From an uncultured Alphaproteobacteria bacterium (GTDB taxonomy: Bacteria; Pseudomonadota; Alphaproteobacteria; Rhodobacterales; Rhodobacteraceae), in the NCBI GenBank assembly GCA_963721175.1, contig CAVRIG010000011.1, positions 92,272 through 156,271 of the forward strand: a DNA stretch of 64,000 bases. The letters are read 5' to 3'. The notes under the pieces were generated by a model that did no database searches, was not told where the DNA came from, and saw only the letters and a program-made list of their open reading frames with translations. Below are positions 24,226-35,032 of the stretch, in pieces (within the stretch, counting starts at the first letter, position 1; every line of letters begins with the position of its first letter). Made by a program: the position numbers and the translations under genes.

Positions 24226-25425
24226 TCATTCCACCGGTGTGCCGAAGATGGTCGCCAACGCTCCCATGACCGCTATAAGGGAGAAGAGGACCGCCTTGAC
24301 GGATTGCCCTGTCCTGCGTGCGGACACCGCAGCGATGCCGGCCTGCAGCGCGTAGTATGCGGCGAACGCGCGGGACGCATAGCTTATGATTTCGAATATG
24401 TTGGCTGTCCAGGTCAGGAAAATCCCGGAACCCGCGATCAGCGCATAGGCTTGTCTGGATGTGATCCAGCCGCGGGTCAGTTCGGTGATCAATCCGCCGG
24501 ACCCGCTCGTGTCGGCAATCGCGGCGCTGAACTGCGCACTCAACGCCGCGCCCACGAGAAGCACCGGCAGGATCGGGGCCACGACGTTCATGAGATCGAT
24601 GATCGCGGTCTCGTTGAGTGTCATGACATTCATCTCGAAGGCGTAGGTCAGCAGAGCGACATAGGTCAGATAGATGGCCGCCGACAGCCACTGGGCGATC
24701 TTCATCGACCGGATACGCGTCGCCGCGTCATATTCGTTGCCCAGGTAGCGCGACGTCTCGAATCCCTGGATCGTGATGATGAGACCCGCGGCCAGGGTGA
24801 TGGCGGACCAGCCGGAGATCGTGGGACCGTGCATCACCAGCCCGGAGGCTTTGGCGGTTTCGCCAAAATGAAACGCCAGGCCGACCAGAAGGCCCGCGAT
24901 TATCGAAAGCTTCAGCCCGACCGAGACCTGTTCGAGCCGTTCCAGCGCGGAAAACCCGCGCGACCACCCGACGAGGAGAATGAGAAGGAAGACGCCCGTC
25001 GTCAGCAACCGGGCGTGATACCGGTCATCCAGAGCGGTCAGTCTGACGCCGAAGGCCCCGAAGAGGTTGAGGTAGTACGCGACCGAAATCACGTAGGCGA
25101 AGGCGAGAACGGCGGAGGCCAACGTCTCGACATGCTCCGCGAGCGCGGACCGGTCTTCGACCGCGTCGATCCTCTTGATGTTGAAGCGGATTGCCCCGCC
25201 GAAAAGATAGGCCGTCACACACAATCCGAGCATGACGAAGGGCGCATAGCCGCCGTAGCTGATATCCAGGATCGGGCCGAGAACGAGGAAGCCGCTGCCG
25301 ATGATGGACGCCAGCGGCGTGATGGTCGCCCGCCACAATCCTGCATTCGCCAAACGCGGCCACATGAGAAGCGCGCCGCTCAGGATCACGGCGATCAGGA
25401 TGGCGGCATTCAGCATCGGCGGCAA
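24226..25425 (-). CDS. APC-superfamily-like permease
   Basis: About 12 TM helices; ASIIGSGFL and QGFETSRYLG motifs. Confidence 0.75.
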   Translation of the reverse strand: MPPMLNAAILIAVILSGALLMWPRLANAGLWRATITPLASIIGSGFLVLGPILDISYGGYAPFVMLGLCVTAYLFGGAIRFNIKRIDAVEDRSALAEHVETLASAVLAFAYVISVAYYLNLFGAFGVRLTALDDRYHARLLTTGVFLLILLVGWSRGFSALERLEQVSVGLKLSIIAGLLVGLAFHFGETAKASGLVMHGPTISGWSAITLAAGLIITIQGFETSRYLGNEYDAATRIRSMKIAQWLSAAIYLTYVALLTYAFEMNVMTLNETAIIDLMNVVAPILPVLLVGAALSAQFSAAIADTSGSGGLITELTRGWITSRQAYALIAGSGIFLTWTANIFEIISYASRAFAAYYALQAGIAAVSARRTGQSVKAVLFSLIAVMGALATIFGTPVE

Positions 25426-25468
25426 ATCCCGGCAAGTTCGCCCCGAGCAGCGGTCGCGACCCGATGGC

Positions 25469-25732
25469 CTATCGGGACATGCCCGTGTCGATGCCGTTGA
25501 TCCAGGTGATTGCGTCCTGCTCCAGTGCAGTGACGTGACGATCTTGGGTCTCGATCTCGGCCACTTCCTTGTTCAGAGCCTCCATGAGGAAACGGTACCG
25601 CGCGATCAACTCGCCGCTGGTGAGGTTGTGACCATCATTCAGGCCGCGCTTGAAGTCCATTCTCTCTCTGGCACTTGCGACCTTGGCCCCGATATCTTCC
25701 AGCTTTTCGTGCAGTTCTTCCATGGTTGACAT
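25469..25732 (-). CDS. small coiled-coil hypothetical protein
   Basis: 87 aa helical ORF with GGGAGA RBS. Confidence 0.6.
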   Translation of the reverse strand: MSTMEELHEKLEDIGAKVASARERMDFKRGLNDGHNLTSGELIARYRFLMEALNKEVAEIETQDRHVTALEQDAITWINGIDTGMSR

Positions 25733-25839
25733 TCGATCATCTCCCCTATGATGCGGTCATCCTAGAGTAGCGATGCCGGGTGGACCATTCCAGATCTGCG
25801 GGCGCGATCAGTGGGCGACATGCGCGGACGACCAGTTCG

Positions 25840-28113
25840 TCACCCGTAATGCGCGACCGGCGTGCCGGCGATGGCGGACATGTTGAGAAGCCCGCGCGCC
25901 GTGATCGAGGGCGTGACGATGTGGGCCTTGTTGCCGAGGCCCATGAGGATCGGACCGACCTCGAGACCGCCGCCCTTCGTCTTGAGGATGTTGCGCACGC
26001 CCGACGCGGCGTCGGCATGCGCGAAGATCAGGATGTTCGCGGCACCCTCCATTCGGTTGCCGGGCAGGATCCGCGCGCGCAGCTCCGGATCGAGCGCGGT
26101 GTCGATGTTCATCTCGCCTTCGTAGCAGAAATCCCGCGGGATCCGATCCAGGATCTCCATCGCCTGGCGCAGCCGCAGACCGGAGCCGTAGCTCTGGTTG
26201 CCGAACTGAGAGAGCGAGCAGAAGGCGATGTTGGGCGTGATGCCGAAACGCTTGACGTGACGGGCGGCGCCGATTGCGATGTCGGCCAGCGCCTGCGGTT
26301 CGGGCGTGGTGTGGACATGGGTGTCGGCGATGAAGAGCGGGCCGTCCTCGAGGATCATCATGCTCATCGAGCCGACCGGCCTCAGCCCGTCGCGGCCCAG
26401 CACCTGCTCGATGTAGTTGAGGTGCCAGCGGTATTCGCCGAAGGTGCCGCAGATCATGCTGTCGGCGTCCCCGCGCTGCACGGCCACGGCGCCGATGGCG
26501 GTGGTGTTGGTGCGCATGATAGCGCGGGCGAGATCGGGCGTCACCCCGCGCCGGGCCATCAGCTCGTGGTAGGTTTCCCAGTAATCGCGGTAGCGCGGGT
26601 CGTTTTCGGGGTTCACGATCTCGAAATCGCGGCCGGGCCGGACGGTCAGCCCGTGGCGTTCGCAGCGGGTCTCGATCACCTCCGGCCGGCCGATCAGGAT
26701 CGGCTTTTCGGGCGTTTCCTCGAGGATCGCCTGCGCCGCGCGGAGCACGCGTTCGTCCTCGCCCTCGGTGAAGACGATGCGGCGCGAGGCGGTCGCGGCG
26801 GCCTCGAACACGGGCCGCATCAGCAGCGCGGACTTGAAGACCGAGGAGTTGAGTTTCTGCTTGTAGGCCTCCATGTCGGCGATCGGGCGCAGCGCCACGC
26901 CGCTCTCCATCGCCGCCTTGGCGACGGCGCCGGAGACGATGCCGATGAGGCGCGGGTCGAATGGCTTGGGGATCAGGTAATCGGCGCCGAAGTTGAGCTG
27001 CTCGCCCTTGTAGGCCGCGGCGGCCTCGGCGCTGGTGGTGGCGCGGGCGAGGCGCGCGATGCCCTCGACGCAGGCGATCTCCATCTCGTCGTTGATCGTA
27101 GTGGCCCCGACATCCAGCGCACCGCGGAAGATGAACGGAAAGCAGAGCACGTTGTTGACCTGATTGGGAAAATCGCTGCGCCCCGTGGCGATGATGGCGT
27201 TTGGCGCGACGGCGCGCGCGACGTCCGGCAGGATCTCCGGCGTGGGGTTGGCGAGCGCGAAGATGATCGGGCGCTTCGCCATCTTCGCCACATGCTCGGG
27301 CTTCAGGACACCGGGCCCGGAGAGGCCGAGGAAGAGGTCGGCACCCTCGATCACGTCGTCGAGCGTGCGCAGGTCGGTCACTTGCGCGAACTCGGACTTG
27401 GCGGGGTTCATGTCCTCGGTCCGGCCTTCGTAGACAAGGCCGTTGATGTCGCAGAGCCAGACATTCTCGCGCTTCACCCCCAGTTTGAGGAGCAGGTTGA
27501 GGCAGGCGATGCCCGCCGCCCCGCCACCGGTGGAGACGATCTTGATGTCCGCGAAGTCCTTGCCGGCGACGTAGAGCGCGTTGGTCGCCGCAGCCCCCAC
27601 GACGATCGCGGTGCCGTGCTGGTCGTCGTGGAAGACCGGAATCCCCATGCGCTCGCGGCAGAGCCGTTCGACGACGAAGCAGTCGGGCGCCTTGATGTCC
27701 TCAAGGTTGATCGCACCGAAGGTCGGCTCGAGCGCGCAGACGATCTCGGCCAGTTTCTCGGGGTCGGGTTCGTTCACCTCGATGTCGAAGCAGTCGATGC
27801 CGGCGAATTTCTTGAAGAGCACGGCCTTGCCCTCCATCACCGGCTTGGACGCCAGCGCGCCGATGTTGCCGAGCCCCAGCACCGCGGTGCCGTTGGTCAC
27901 GACGGCGACGAGGTTGCCGCGGGCGGTGTAGTCGCGGGCGGTCTCGGGATCGGCCTTGATTTCCAGACAGGCCTCCGCCACGCCGGGCGAGTAGGCGCGG
28001 GCGAGGTCGCGGCCATTGGCGAGTGGCTTGGTCGCGCGGATCTCCAGTTTTCCGGGCTTGGGGTAGCGGTGATAGTCGAGTGCGGCTTCGCGCAGGTTAG
28101 CATTGTCGGACAT
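25840..28113 (-). CDS. maeB: NADP-dependent malic enzyme with PTA domain
   Basis: [44 protein letters not shown]. Confidence 0.96.
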   Translation of the reverse strand: MSDNANLREAALDYHRYPKPGKLEIRATKPLANGRDLARAYSPGVAEACLEIKADPETARDYTARGNLVAVVTNGTAVLGLGNIGALASKPVMEGKAVLFKKFAGIDCFDIEVNEPDPEKLAEIVCALEPTFGAINLEDIKAPDCFVVERLCRERMGIPVFHDDQHGTAIVVGAAATNALYVAGKDFADIKIVSTGGGAAGIACLNLLLKLGVKRENVWLCDINGLVYEGRTEDMNPAKSEFAQVTDLRTLDDVIEGADLFLGLSGPGVLKPEHVAKMAKRPIIFALANPTPEILPDVARAVAPNAIIATGRSDFPNQVNNVLCFPFIFRGALDVGATTINDEMEIACVEGIARLARATTSAEAAAAYKGEQLNFGADYLIPKPFDPRLIGIVSGAVAKAAMESGVALRPIADMEAYKQKLNSSVFKSALLMRPVFEAAATASRRIVFTEGEDERVLRAAQAILEETPEKPILIGRPEVIETRCERHGLTVRPGRDFEIVNPENDPRYRDYWETYHELMARRGVTPDLARAIMRTNTTAIGAVAVQRGDADSMICGTFGEYRWHLNYIEQVLGRDGLRPVGSMSMMILEDGPLFIADTHVHTTPEPQALADIAIGAARHVKRFGITPNIAFCSLSQFGNQSYGSGLRLRQAMEILDRIPRDFCYEGEMNIDTALDPELRARILPGNRMEGAANILIFAHADAASGVRNILKTKGGGLEVGPILMGLGNKAHIVTPSITARGLLNMSAIAGTPVAHYG

Positions 28114-28239
28114 GGTGACGGCCTCCTCCCCGGTAAACTGGATTGACGTTGAACTGGTTACCGGAACCTGCGCGCATGGTCGGACGCCCGCAGCGGCCAT
28201 CAAACGGAGCACGCGTCCTGCGTGCAAGTCCTTTCTTGA

Positions 28240-28307
28240 GGGGGCTCTGCCCCCAAGGCTGCGCGAGACGCGCAGCCGCCCCGAGGTATTTCGCCGACCC
28301 AAAGAAG
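28240..28307 (+). repeat. intergenic REP-like palindromic element, copy 1
   Basis: GGGGGCTCTGCCCCC hairpin, second hairpin, tail CCCGAGGTATTTCGCCGACCCAAAGAAG. Confidence 0.7.
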
Positions 28308-28386
28308 CGCGAGGGCGGGGCTTGCATGTTGTCTTGCCGCACGAAAAGATGGCATTCCCATCCAGCACAGGGAAGCGGGTGAGACG

Positions 28387-29476
28387 ATGCAGAACATTCG
28401 AGCCGAGATCCTTCTGCCGACGCAGGAGTTGAGGGACGACATCCCGTTCTTCACCAAGACGCTGGGCATGCGGATGGACGAAATCTTTCCGGCCGATGAT
28501 CCGCGCGAGGCGGTTTTTTCCGGTCACGGATGCCGGGTGCGGGTGCGCAAGGGGGCGGACGTGACGCCCGGCGTGCTGAGGATCCTGGCTGACGACCCGG
28601 TGCTTGTCGCGGGCGGCGAGACCGAGTTGGCGGCGCCGAATGGCACGCGGGTCGAGATCGCACGGCTGAACCCGCCGGTGGAGATGCCGGCGACGCAGCA
28701 TCACTTCGTCGTCCGGCGGCTGGCCGATGAGGCGCCGTGGATCGTGGGGCGCGCGGGCATGCAGTACCGCGACCTGATCCCCGACCGGCTGGGCGGGTCG
28801 ATCATCGCGAGCCACATCCGGATCCCCGAGGCCGGGCCGGTGCCGGACATGGTGCATTTCCATTCCGTCGGGATTTCAGCTGATCTTCTGCTATCGGGGT
28901 TGGGTGGATCTGGTCTACGAGGACCAGGGCGAGCCGTTCCGGTTGCACGCCGGCAATTGCGTGATCCAGCCGCCGGAGATCCGCCACCGGGTGCTGCATT
29001 CTGGCGACAACCTGGAGGTGATCGAAATCGGCGTGCCGGCGGAGCATGTCACCACGCTCGACCACGAGATGCTGCTGCCGAACGCGACTGTGAACCCGGA
29101 TCGGCGCTGGGACGGGCAGCGGTTCGTGCATCACAAGGCGGACGTGGCCCGGTGGGAGCCGTTCAGGGTGCCGGGCTTCGTCGCGCGGGATACTGGGATT
29201 GCCGCCAATACCGGCGGCGTGGCGGGGGTGCAGGTGGTGCGGCCGGATGGCGCGGCATCGCCGTGGCATAGCCACGATTGCGATATCCATTTCAGTTTCG
29301 TCATGGCGGGCGCAATGCGGCTCGAGGGCGAGGGGCAGGAAATGCAGGATCTTGCGGCGGGCGATGCATTCGTGATCCCGCCGGGCATGAAGGTGCGGTA
29401 TTCGGACCCGTCGGAGGATCTGGAATGGCTCGAGGTGGCCTTGCCCGGACAATTCGCCACGAACGTGGAGGCATGA
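28387..29476 (+). CDS. cupin-domain protein (N-terminal VOC-like part plus two cupins); frameshift near 28870
   Basis: DMVHFH...QPPEIRH and WHSHD...FVIPPG cupin motifs split over two frames. Confidence 0.8.
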
Positions 29477-29477
29477 G

Positions 29478-29882
29478 ATGTCGCTGAGGGACGCGGCACT
29501 GGCCGTGCGCGCGCGGGCCTACGTGCCCTATTCGGGCTTTCACGTGGGCGCGGCCCTGCGGGGGGCGGGCGGTGGCGTTCACGTCGGCTGCAACGTGGAG
29601 AACGTGGCTTACCCCGAGGGAACCTGTGCCGAAGCGGGTGCCATCGCGGCGATGATCGCCGGCGGCGAGACGCGGATCGCGGAGGTTTACGTGGTGGCCG
29701 ACAGCCCGGTGCCGGTGACGCCCTGCGGTGGGTGCCGCCAGAAGCTGGCCGAGTTCGGCGCAGGCGACGTGCGGGTGACGATGGCGACGCTGGCGGGCGC
29801 CGAGACGGTGATGACGCTGGCCGAACTGCTGCCGGGCGCGTTTGGCGCCGAGCATATGGCCGAACACATGGATGGGGCCTGA
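29478..29882 (+). CDS. cdd: cytidine deaminase
   Basis: AYVPYSGFHVGAA, CAE, PCGGCRQ. Confidence 0.95.
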   Translation: MSLRDAALAVRARAYVPYSGFHVGAALRGAGGGVHVGCNVENVAYPEGTCAEAGAIAAMIAGGETRIAEVYVVADSPVPVTPCGGCRQKLAEFGAGDVRVTMATLAGAETVMTLAELLPGAFGAEHMAEHMDGA

Positions 29883-29888
29883 CCGGGC

Positions 29889-31197
29889 ATGGATGCGCGC
29901 GCGGGTCATCGCGAAGCTGAGGCGTGGACAGAGCCCGGACCGTGACGAATTGACGTGGTTCGCGCAGGGGTTGGCGGATTTATCCGTGAGTGATGCGCAG
30001 GCCGGGGCCTTTGCCATGGGCGTGTGCCTGACCGGGCTCGACGCGGATGGTCGGGTGGCGCTGACCCTGGCGATGCGGGATTCGGGGCGCGTGCTGGATT
30101 GGTCGGGGCTGGGCAAGCCAGTGCTCGACAAGCACTCCACCGGGGGAATCGGAGATTGTGTGAGTTTGGTGCTGGCCCCTGCGCTGGCGGCGTCGGGTGC
30201 CGCGGTGCCGATGATTTCCGGCCGCGGGCTGGGGCATACCGGCGGCACGCTCGACAAGATGGAGAGCATTCCCGGCGTCAGCACCTCGCTCGACGATGTG
30301 CGGCTGGCCAACGCGATGGAACAGGCGGGTGCGGCCATCGTGGGGGCGAGCGCGGATATCGCGCCGGCGGACAAGCGGCTTTACGCGGTGCGGGACGTGA
30401 CGGCCACCGTGGAAAGCCTGGATCTGATCACCGCGTCGATCCTGTCGAAGAAGCTGGCCGCGGGGCTCGACGGTCTGGTGCTGGACGTGAAGGTCGGATC
30501 GGGCGCTTTCATGAAGGACATGAAGGACGCGACGGCGCTGGCCGAGGCGCTGGTGGCAACGGCCAATGCGGCCGGGTGTCCGACTGCGGCGCTGATCTCG
30601 GACATGAACCAGCCGCTGGTGCCGAGCCTCGGAAATGCGCTGGAGGTGGCGGAGGTCGCCCGCGTGCTGACCGGGCAGTCGAAGGGCCGCATCTTCGAAC
30701 TCTGCGCTGCGTTGGGCGGCGTGCTGTTGGAGGGCGCAGGAATGGTGGCGGACGTGCAGTCGGGTGCGGACCAGATCGCGGGCGTGATTTCGGATGGCAG
30801 TGCGGCGGAGACCTTCGGGCGGATGATCGCCGCGCAGGGCGGGCCGCTGTCCTTCCTGGAAACCTGGGAGCGGTTCCTGCCCGAAGCCACCGTGATCCGC
30901 GAGGTGAAGGCGCGCGAGGCCGGTCATGTCTGCGAGATCGACGGTGAGGCCCTGGGACTGGCGGTCGTGGCGTTGGGCGGGGGCCGGCAGGTGGAGAGCG
31001 ATGTCGTGGATCCGTCCGTGGGATTTTCGGCGCTGGTTCCGCTGGGGACGAAGGTGGCGGCCGGCGACCTGCTGGGGGTCGTGCATGCGGTACGGCCGGA
31101 GGCGGCGGACCGGGCGGAGGCCGCGCTGCGCGCGGCAATCCGCGTCGGCCCGCAGGCACCGCACGTGCCGGACCTCATCCGCGCGCGGGTGGGCTGA
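29889..31197 (+). CDS. deoA: thymidine phosphorylase; probable indel just after the start
   Basis: DKHSTGGIGD, SGRGLGHTGGTLDKME, SILSKK. Confidence 0.95.
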
Positions 31198-32373
31198 TGC
31201 CTCGCGCGCTCCTCGTTGTGATGGACTCGGTCGGGATCGGCGGCGCGCCGGATGCCGGGGAGTATTTCAACGGATCGGTGCCCGATACCGGCGCCAACAC
31301 CGTCGGGCACGTGGCGGACTGGTGTACGGCAGTGCGTGGCGCGCCGTTGCGTCTGCCGGTGCTGGCGGGGCTGGGTCTGGGGGCGGCGCTGCGGTCGGCC
31401 TCGGGGCATATCGCGCCGTCTTTGGAGACCGAAGTCACCGGGACGTGGGGCGTCGCGTCGGAGGAATTCGCAGGGCAAGGACACGCCGTCCGGCCATTGG
31501 GAGCTGGCCGGGCTGCCGGTGCCGTGGGAGTGGCACTACTTTCCCGACGCGACGCCTGCGTTTCCGGAGGAGGTTGCGTCTGCGGTCTGTGCGGCGGCAG
31601 GGACGAAGGGCATCCTCGGGGATTGCCATGCCAGCGGGACCGAGGTCGTCGCGCGTCTGGGGGAGCAGCACCAGCGGACAGGGTGGCCGATCTGCTACAC
31701 CTCCGCCGACAGCGTTTTCCAGATCGCCGCGCATGAGGAGACATTCGGGCTGGCGCGGCTGCTGCGGCTTTGCGAGGACGTGGCACCGATGCTGCACGGG
31801 ATGCGCGTCGGCCGTGTCATTGCGCGGCCCTTCGTCGGCGGGCCGGGGAGCTACGTACGGACCGGCAACCGGCGGGATTTCGCGATGCTGCCACCGCGGC
31901 CCGTTCTGACGAACCGGGTTCAGGACGCCGGCGGCCGCGTGTACGCGGTGGGCAAGATCGGCGACATCTTTTCGATGAGCGGCATCGACGAGGTGCGCAA
32001 GGGGGATGATGCGGCGTTGATGGGGCATCTGGGCGATCTGGTGGATGAAGCGCAGGACGGCAGCCTGACCTTCGCCAACTTCGTGGAATTCGACAGCCTT
32101 TATGGCCACCGACGCGATCCGGCCGGCTATTCGGAGCATCTGGAGTGGTTCGATGCCGGGATCGGACGGCTCCTGCCGCGGCTGCGGGCGGGCGACCTGA
32201 TGGTGATCTCGGCCGATCACGGCAACGATCCCACCTGGATCGGCACGGATCATACGCGCGAGCGGGTTCCGGTCCTGGTTTCCGGGATCGGACCGGGCGA
32301 ACTGGGGCAGATCGGGTTTGCGGACGTGGCGGAGTTGATCGGCGGGCATCTGGGGGTGCCGCGTCCGACGTGA
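31197..32373 (+). CDS. deoB: phosphopentomutase; frameshift near 31470
   Basis: [44 protein letters not shown]. Confidence 0.93.
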
Positions 32374-32400
32374 GTTTTTTCGAGATCGCGGATTGCCGCG

Positions 32401-32452
32401 CCGGGGGACGCTGTCCCCCGGACCCCCTGAGGTATTTTCCGACCCAAAGAAG
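32401..32452 (+). repeat. intergenic REP-like palindromic element, copy 2
   Basis: CCGGGGGAC-GCT-GTCCCCCGG hairpin, tail CCTGAGGTATTTTCCGACCCAAAGAAG. Confidence 0.7.
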
Positions 32453-32512
32453 GAGGGGAGTTGCGCTGATCCGCCGGTCGGGGCAGTAAGTCGGCGTGAG
32501 ACGGAGGCGCCG

Positions 32513-33147
32513 ATGACCGAGCATTTGACCGTGGTGAAGCATCCGCTGGTGCAGCACAAGCTGACGCTGATGCGGGAGAAGCAGACCTCCACCGCCGTGT
32601 TCCGGCAGTTGCTGCGCGAGATCAGCCAGCTTCTGGCCTACGAGATCACGCGCGAACTGCCGATGACCACGCAGACGATCGAGACGCCCATGGCGAGGAT
32701 GGAGGCGCCGGTCCTGGCGGGCAAGAAGCTCGCGCTGGTGTCGATCCTGCGGGCGGGGAACGGGCTGCTTGGACGGGGTGCTGGAACTGATCCCGTCGGC
32801 GCGGGTCGGGTTCGTCGGGCCTCTACCGCGACGAGGCGACGCTGCAGCCGGTGCAGTATTACTTCAAGGTGCCGGAAGGCTTGGAGGATCGGCTGGTGAT
32901 CGCGGTCGACCCGATGCTGGCCACCGGGAATTCGTCCGCTGCTGCGATCGATCTGCTCAAGCAGGCCGGGGCGCGGTCGATCCGGTTCATGTGCCTGCTG
33001 GCCGCACCCGAGGGCGTGGCGCGTATGAAGGAGGCGCATCCGGACGTGCCCATCGTCACCGCGGCGCTCGACGACCGGCTGAACGACGTCGGATACATCG
33101 TACCGGGCCTGGGCGATGCCGGAGACCGGATGTTCGGCACCAAGTGA
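32513..33147 (+). CDS. upp: uracil phosphoribosyltransferase; two indels near 32770 and 32820
   Basis: [33 protein letters not shown]. Confidence 0.93.
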
Positions 33148-33240
33148 AGCGTGTTTTGCCGGTCCGTCCGGCCCGTGGGGCCTGTCCACGCGGCAGGGCA
33201 ACATGGTTGTACGGTTCGTCTCCCGAAGGCGGACGCCCTT

Positions 33241-33744
33241 CTATTCCTCCGGCATCAGGGGATAATCGTCGATGTCATCCATCGGGCCGGTCCTGATGAT
33301 CTGGCCTGACGGGGTGAGCAGCGCCCAGTAGCCGCCATAGCTGTAGATGCCCTGACCTTGCGGCGGCGCCCCGGGCATGTCGCGGAAGAAATGGAAGAGC
33401 GGGTGGTCGGCGTAGAGCAGCACCGTTTCACCGTCGACCTGCATCGTTTCGGCAAGCTCCGCGTCCACGCCGTCGCCGACGCTCACCTCGCCGTCGACCG
33501 TGACCAGGGGCCAATTTTGACGACACTCCCCTTCATTGCAGGACTCGAGCGGGTCCTGGCCGTCACCGCCGATTTCGACGCTGGTGAGAAACGCGTAGAC
33601 GGGACGGCCTTCGGGCCCTGCGAGGTAAGGGCCATGCTCTTCGCTCTCGACCGCGGACAGGGTCTGCGCCATGCCGTGATGCGGCCAGCTCACGCTGGCT
33701 GTGCATAGGGCCAGGGCACAAGCGGTCATTGCCAAGGGTCGCAT
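33241..33744 (-). CDS. secreted COG4315-like protein (Yx(FWY)xxD repeats)
   Basis: Signal peptide; GRPVYAF, C...C..NWP, PLFHFFRD..G. Confidence 0.7.
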   Translation of the reverse strand: MRPLAMTACALALCTASVSWPHHGMAQTLSAVESEEHGPYLAGPEGRPVYAFLTSVEIGGDGQDPLESCNEGECRQNWPLVTVDGEVSVGDGVDAELAETMQVDGETVLLYADHPLFHFFRDMPGAPPQGQGIYSYGGYWALLTPSGQIIRTGPMDDIDDYPLMPEE

Positions 33745-33901
33745 GAAATCTCCTGTCTGCAAGGTCCGTCTGTTTCCGGAACAGGCGTGGCAGGACTATG
33801 TTCCCGCGGACGGTGCGAGGCGAATTCTCGACAAGATTGTGGACGGGTCATCATCAAAGGAGTGGCATCCACGATGCGTTTCATCCGACGCGCCCCGCCG
33901 A

Positions 33902-34915
33902 TCACCCCCCGCAGATGGCTTGCAGCCGCAACCAGTCCGCATCGGTCAGAAGCGGGCTTATCGGTTCGCCGTTCACCGGATCGCCTTCGATCAGGGGCAG
34001 GACACTTTCACCCGTGATGTCACGCGCGTACGCGTAGGGCGTGCTGCGCACCCCGGCCTCCGAGAAGGCGGAAATCAGCGTCGCTTGTGGGGGCTCGCGC
34101 CTTGGTGCGGTCAGCAGGTGTTCCGCATAGGCGTCCAGCGTCTCGGACGAAAGGCGTCCGGAGGTCAGGAGCCCGAAGGAGGCGCCAAGACCCGCGTGGT
34201 CAAGTACGTCGCGCAGCGGATCGCTTTGCCGCGCGAGGCTGCGTTCGGCGAGGATGTAGCCTGCGGCGACGTCGGGTTCCTCGTGGTCCTCCAGCAATTG
34301 CCGCGCCAGAAGGATCTGTCCGCCCGGCAGGTGCAGAGTCGTGTCGATCCCGCCCCGCATCACGGCGAGTTGTGATGCGCCGAGACGGGCGCCCAGCCGC
34401 GCGAGGCTCGAATTGCTGGCCGAGGTTCCGCAGGCCGGACCGGTCACGCGCTGAATGCGGGACATCAGCGCCTGCCCGATCTCCTTGCGCCCGACCTCGG
34501 GCACGACGGAGACCGTGTGATCAACCAGGGCGCCAGGCAGCCAGAAGACAGCGGCCGCGATCACCGTTGCCGTCGAGGCCGCAAATCCCAGCCAGCGCAG
34601 GCGACCGGGACGCGGCCGCGATTTTTCGACCGCGCGGCGCAGGGTCTCGATCGCCTCCACCATCTCGGTTTCGTTTTCGCCAAGCTCCAGTTCCTCGCCG
34701 GGATCGGCGTCGGGATGAAACCGTGCGGGTGTCTTGCCGGGGTTGGCGCGGGCAATGGCGGCGATAGACCAGTGCGCCAGCGGCCGATCCGCCGACGTCT
34801 TGATGGTGAGCGTGGCATCGCCCAGCATCGCGATCACCTCGCGGCGCTGCGCATCCGCCGTCGGGCGCCAGAGGCCGACGGATTCGATCCGTGCGTATTT
34901 CTTGAGGGCCACCAT
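33902..34915 (-). CDS. conserved hypothetical single-TM protein, degenerate M48-like periplasmic domain
   Basis: WSIAAI N-terminal motif, TM helix, LPGGQILL...LLE; no HExxH. Confidence 0.7.
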   Translation of the reverse strand: MVALKKYARIESVGLWRPTADAQRREVIAMLGDATLTIKTSADRPLAHWSIAAIARANPGKTPARFHPDADPGEELELGENETEMVEAIETLRRAVEKSRPRPGRLRWLGFAASTATVIAAAVFWLPGALVDHTVSVVPEVGRKEIGQALMSRIQRVTGPACGTSASNSSLARLGARLGASQLAVMRGGIDTTLHLPGGQILLARQLLEDHEEPDVAAGYILAERSLARQSDPLRDVLDHAGLGASFGLLTSGRLSSETLDAYAEHLLTAPRREPPQATLISAFSEAGVRSTPYAYARDITGESVLPLIEGDPVNGEPISPLLTDADWLRLQAICGG

Positions 34916-35032
34916 GTCCGTGCAGGCTGCTCGTGCCGTGACGTTTCCGGATTATGTAGCACGCGCGGCGTGTCGCCGCCAAGGCGGAGCATCGACCCTG
35001 ACCGGGATGATCTCCAGTGAGGCGAGACCTAG

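Noticed and set aside
25780-28146. Long antisense ORFs (also 22141-24000, 15318-16871, 58074-59744)
   Set aside because: Stop-poor shadow frames of high-GC genes with no motifs
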